Notes under the pieces: generated by a model
Databases searched by the model: none
What the model was told of the DNA's origin: nothing
Seen by the model: only the letters and a program-made list of their open reading frames with translations
In this document: piece by piece, positions 61,719 through 64,000 of the stretch
How the letters are laid out: each line of letters begins with the position of its first letter
Numbering within the stretch: position 1 is the stretch's first letter
NCBI GenBank assembly: GCA_963845245.1
Contig: CAWJRJ010000011.1
Location: forward strand, 96,001-160,000
From: Nitrospirota bacterium
GTDB lineage: Bacteria; Nitrospirota; JACRHJ01
Length of the DNA stretch: 64,000 bases
Direction of reading: 5' to 3'
Translations under genes and position numbers: made by a program

Positions 61719-63008
61719 TTAATCTTCCAGCCGTATCTCAACCATGCGGCCGTGCGCTTCGAGGCCTTCCATCTTCGTAAGGCGAAGCACTTCTGGGGCG
61801 ACCTCCGCGAGCGCCTCTTTCGTATACGAAAGGATGCTGGACTTCTTCACGAAGTCGTCAAGGGAGAGCGGCGAGAAGAACCGCGCCGTGCCGCCCGTTG
61901 GGAGCACGTGGTTCGGGCCTGCGATATAATCGCCGACCGCCTCGGGTGTGTAGTGGCCCATGAATATCGCGCCCGCGTTCTTTATGAGCGGCAGCAGTTC
62001 GAACGGCCTGTCAACGGCCAGCTCAAGGTGCTCGGGAGCGATCCGGTTTGCGATGTAGGCGGCCTCTTTCAGGTCCTTCACGATTATCACCGCGCCGAAA
62101 TCGGCAAGCGACTTCTTCGCGATGTCGCGACGGGAAAGCTTCTCCACCTGTTTTTCGAGTTCTTTCACAACTTCTTTTGCAAGCGCCGCATCGTCAGTAA
62201 CAAGCACCGCAGACGCCATCTCGTCGTGCTCGGCCTGGGACAGCATGTCAGCCGCAACGAATGCAGGGCGCGCCGTCCTGTCGGCGACAACGAGTATCTC
62301 GGACGGGCCAGCCACCATGTCGATATCGACCGTGCCGAACACCAGCCTCTTGGCCGTGGCGACGTATATGTTGCCCGGGCCGACTATCTTGTCAACCTTA
62401 GGGATGGTCTTGGTGCCGTATGCCATGGCCGCGATCGCCTGTGCGCCGCCAACCTTGTATATCTCGTCCACGCCCGCAAGGTCGGCCGCGACGAGCACGC
62501 CGGGGTTGATCTTCCCGCCGGGCGCGGGCACGCACATCACTATGTTATTTACACCGGCAACCTTTGCCGGGACGGTGTTCATCAGCACCGATGACGGGTA
62601 GGAGGCCTTGCCACCGGGCACGTATACACCGACGCTCTCAAGCGGCAGGACGCGCTGGCCGAGCATTGCGCCGTTGTCTTCCTGGATGAACCACGACTCC
62701 TGCCTCTGCCTGTCGTGAAAGTCGGCAATACGTCGCGCCGCCAGGAGGAGCGCGTCAACGTCCTCGTCCGGCACCACCTTGTACGCCTTCATTATCTCCT
62801 CTTCGCTTACCCGCATCTTCTTCGGGGTGAGCTTGACGGAGTCGAAGCGCTCGGTATACTCGATTACAGCCGCGTCGCCGTCCTTTTTGACTGCCGCTAT
62901 AATCTGCTTTACCTGCTTCTCGATTGCGGCAGGCACCTCGCCCGCGCGGCCCTCGATCTTCTTAAAGAACGACTCGAAATCTTTTTGTCCCGATTTTATA
63001 ATTCGCAT
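61719..63008 (-). CDS. hisD: Histidinol dehydrogenase
   Basis: YVPGG, GGAQAIAA, GPGN.YV, AGPSE, QAEHD, APEHL and GPNHVLPT motifs. Confidence 0.97.
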   Translation of the reverse strand: MRIIKSGQKDFESFFKKIEGRAGEVPAAIEKQVKQIIAAVKKDGDAAVIEYTERFDSVKLTPKKMRVSEEEIMKAYKVVPDEDVDALLLAARRIADFHDRQRQESWFIQEDNGAMLGQRVLPLESVGVYVPGGKASYPSSVLMNTVPAKVAGVNNIVMCVPAPGGKINPGVLVAADLAGVDEIYKVGGAQAIAAMAYGTKTIPKVDKIVGPGNIYVATAKRLVFGTVDIDMVAGPSEILVVADRTARPAFVAADMLSQAEHDEMASAVLVTDDAALAKEVVKELEKQVEKLSRRDIAKKSLADFGAVIIVKDLKEAAYIANRIAPEHLELAVDRPFELLPLIKNAGAIFMGHYTPEAVGDYIAGPNHVLPTGGTARFFSPLSLDDFVKKSSILSYTKEALAEVAPEVLRLTKMEGLEAHGRMVEIRLED

Positions 63009-63031
63009 TGTAAAAGCCCAAAGTAAAAAGC

Positions 63032-63072
63032 AAACCGCCACCTTTTTTGTAAAAAAGGTGCGCGCCAAAAAA
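63032..63072. repeat. Solo REP-like hairpin, inverted copy of 56391-56431
   Basis: 41 bp matching the reverse complement of 56391-56431 with one mismatch. Confidence 0.8.
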
Positions 63073-63077
63073 TTAGG

Positions 63078-64000
<923 letters not shown>

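Overview
Bacterial chromosomal window with a GC-rich core. Gene content and order suggest a Nitrospirota/Desulfobacterota-like organism, but this is inference. The core contains a DEAD-box helicase, aconitase, msrA, the mfd-3x parvulin PPIase-mltG operon, ADP-heptose genes, pdxA, suhB, an Fnr-like regulator, yqeY-mutS2-dnaG-rpoD and a murA-his operon. Three accessory regions stand out. (1) About 1.4-5.25 kb: small gene cassettes (TPR lipoprotein, katG) stacked behind a tRNA-Asn 3' end and separated by repeated junctions (hairpin + tRNA 3'-end copy + a conserved ~75 bp arm with a coding signature). No integrase is present in the window. (2) 13.2-16.8 kb: an AT-rich islet with a SAMHD1-like HD hydrolase + YwgA-like pair and a Zn-phospholipase C + lipoprotein pair. 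(3) 41.1-45.7 kb: an AT-rich defence-like island. It holds an HTH-preceded Bil-type ubiquitin-like conjugation operon (Ubl-E2-JAB-E1) converging on an operon I do not recognise as described: small ORF + M48-like HExxH metallopeptidase + trimeric-dUTPase-fold dCTP deaminase with an Asp-to-Gln change at a substrate-binding position. A family of REP/REPIN-like palindromes sits between core genes. Many core genes (acn, rpoD, hisC, hisG, hisIE, suhB, DUF1015, DUF721) carry small indels that are most likely sequencing errors, so exact ORF ends should be treated with caution. All assignments come from motif recognition by eye; no searches were run.
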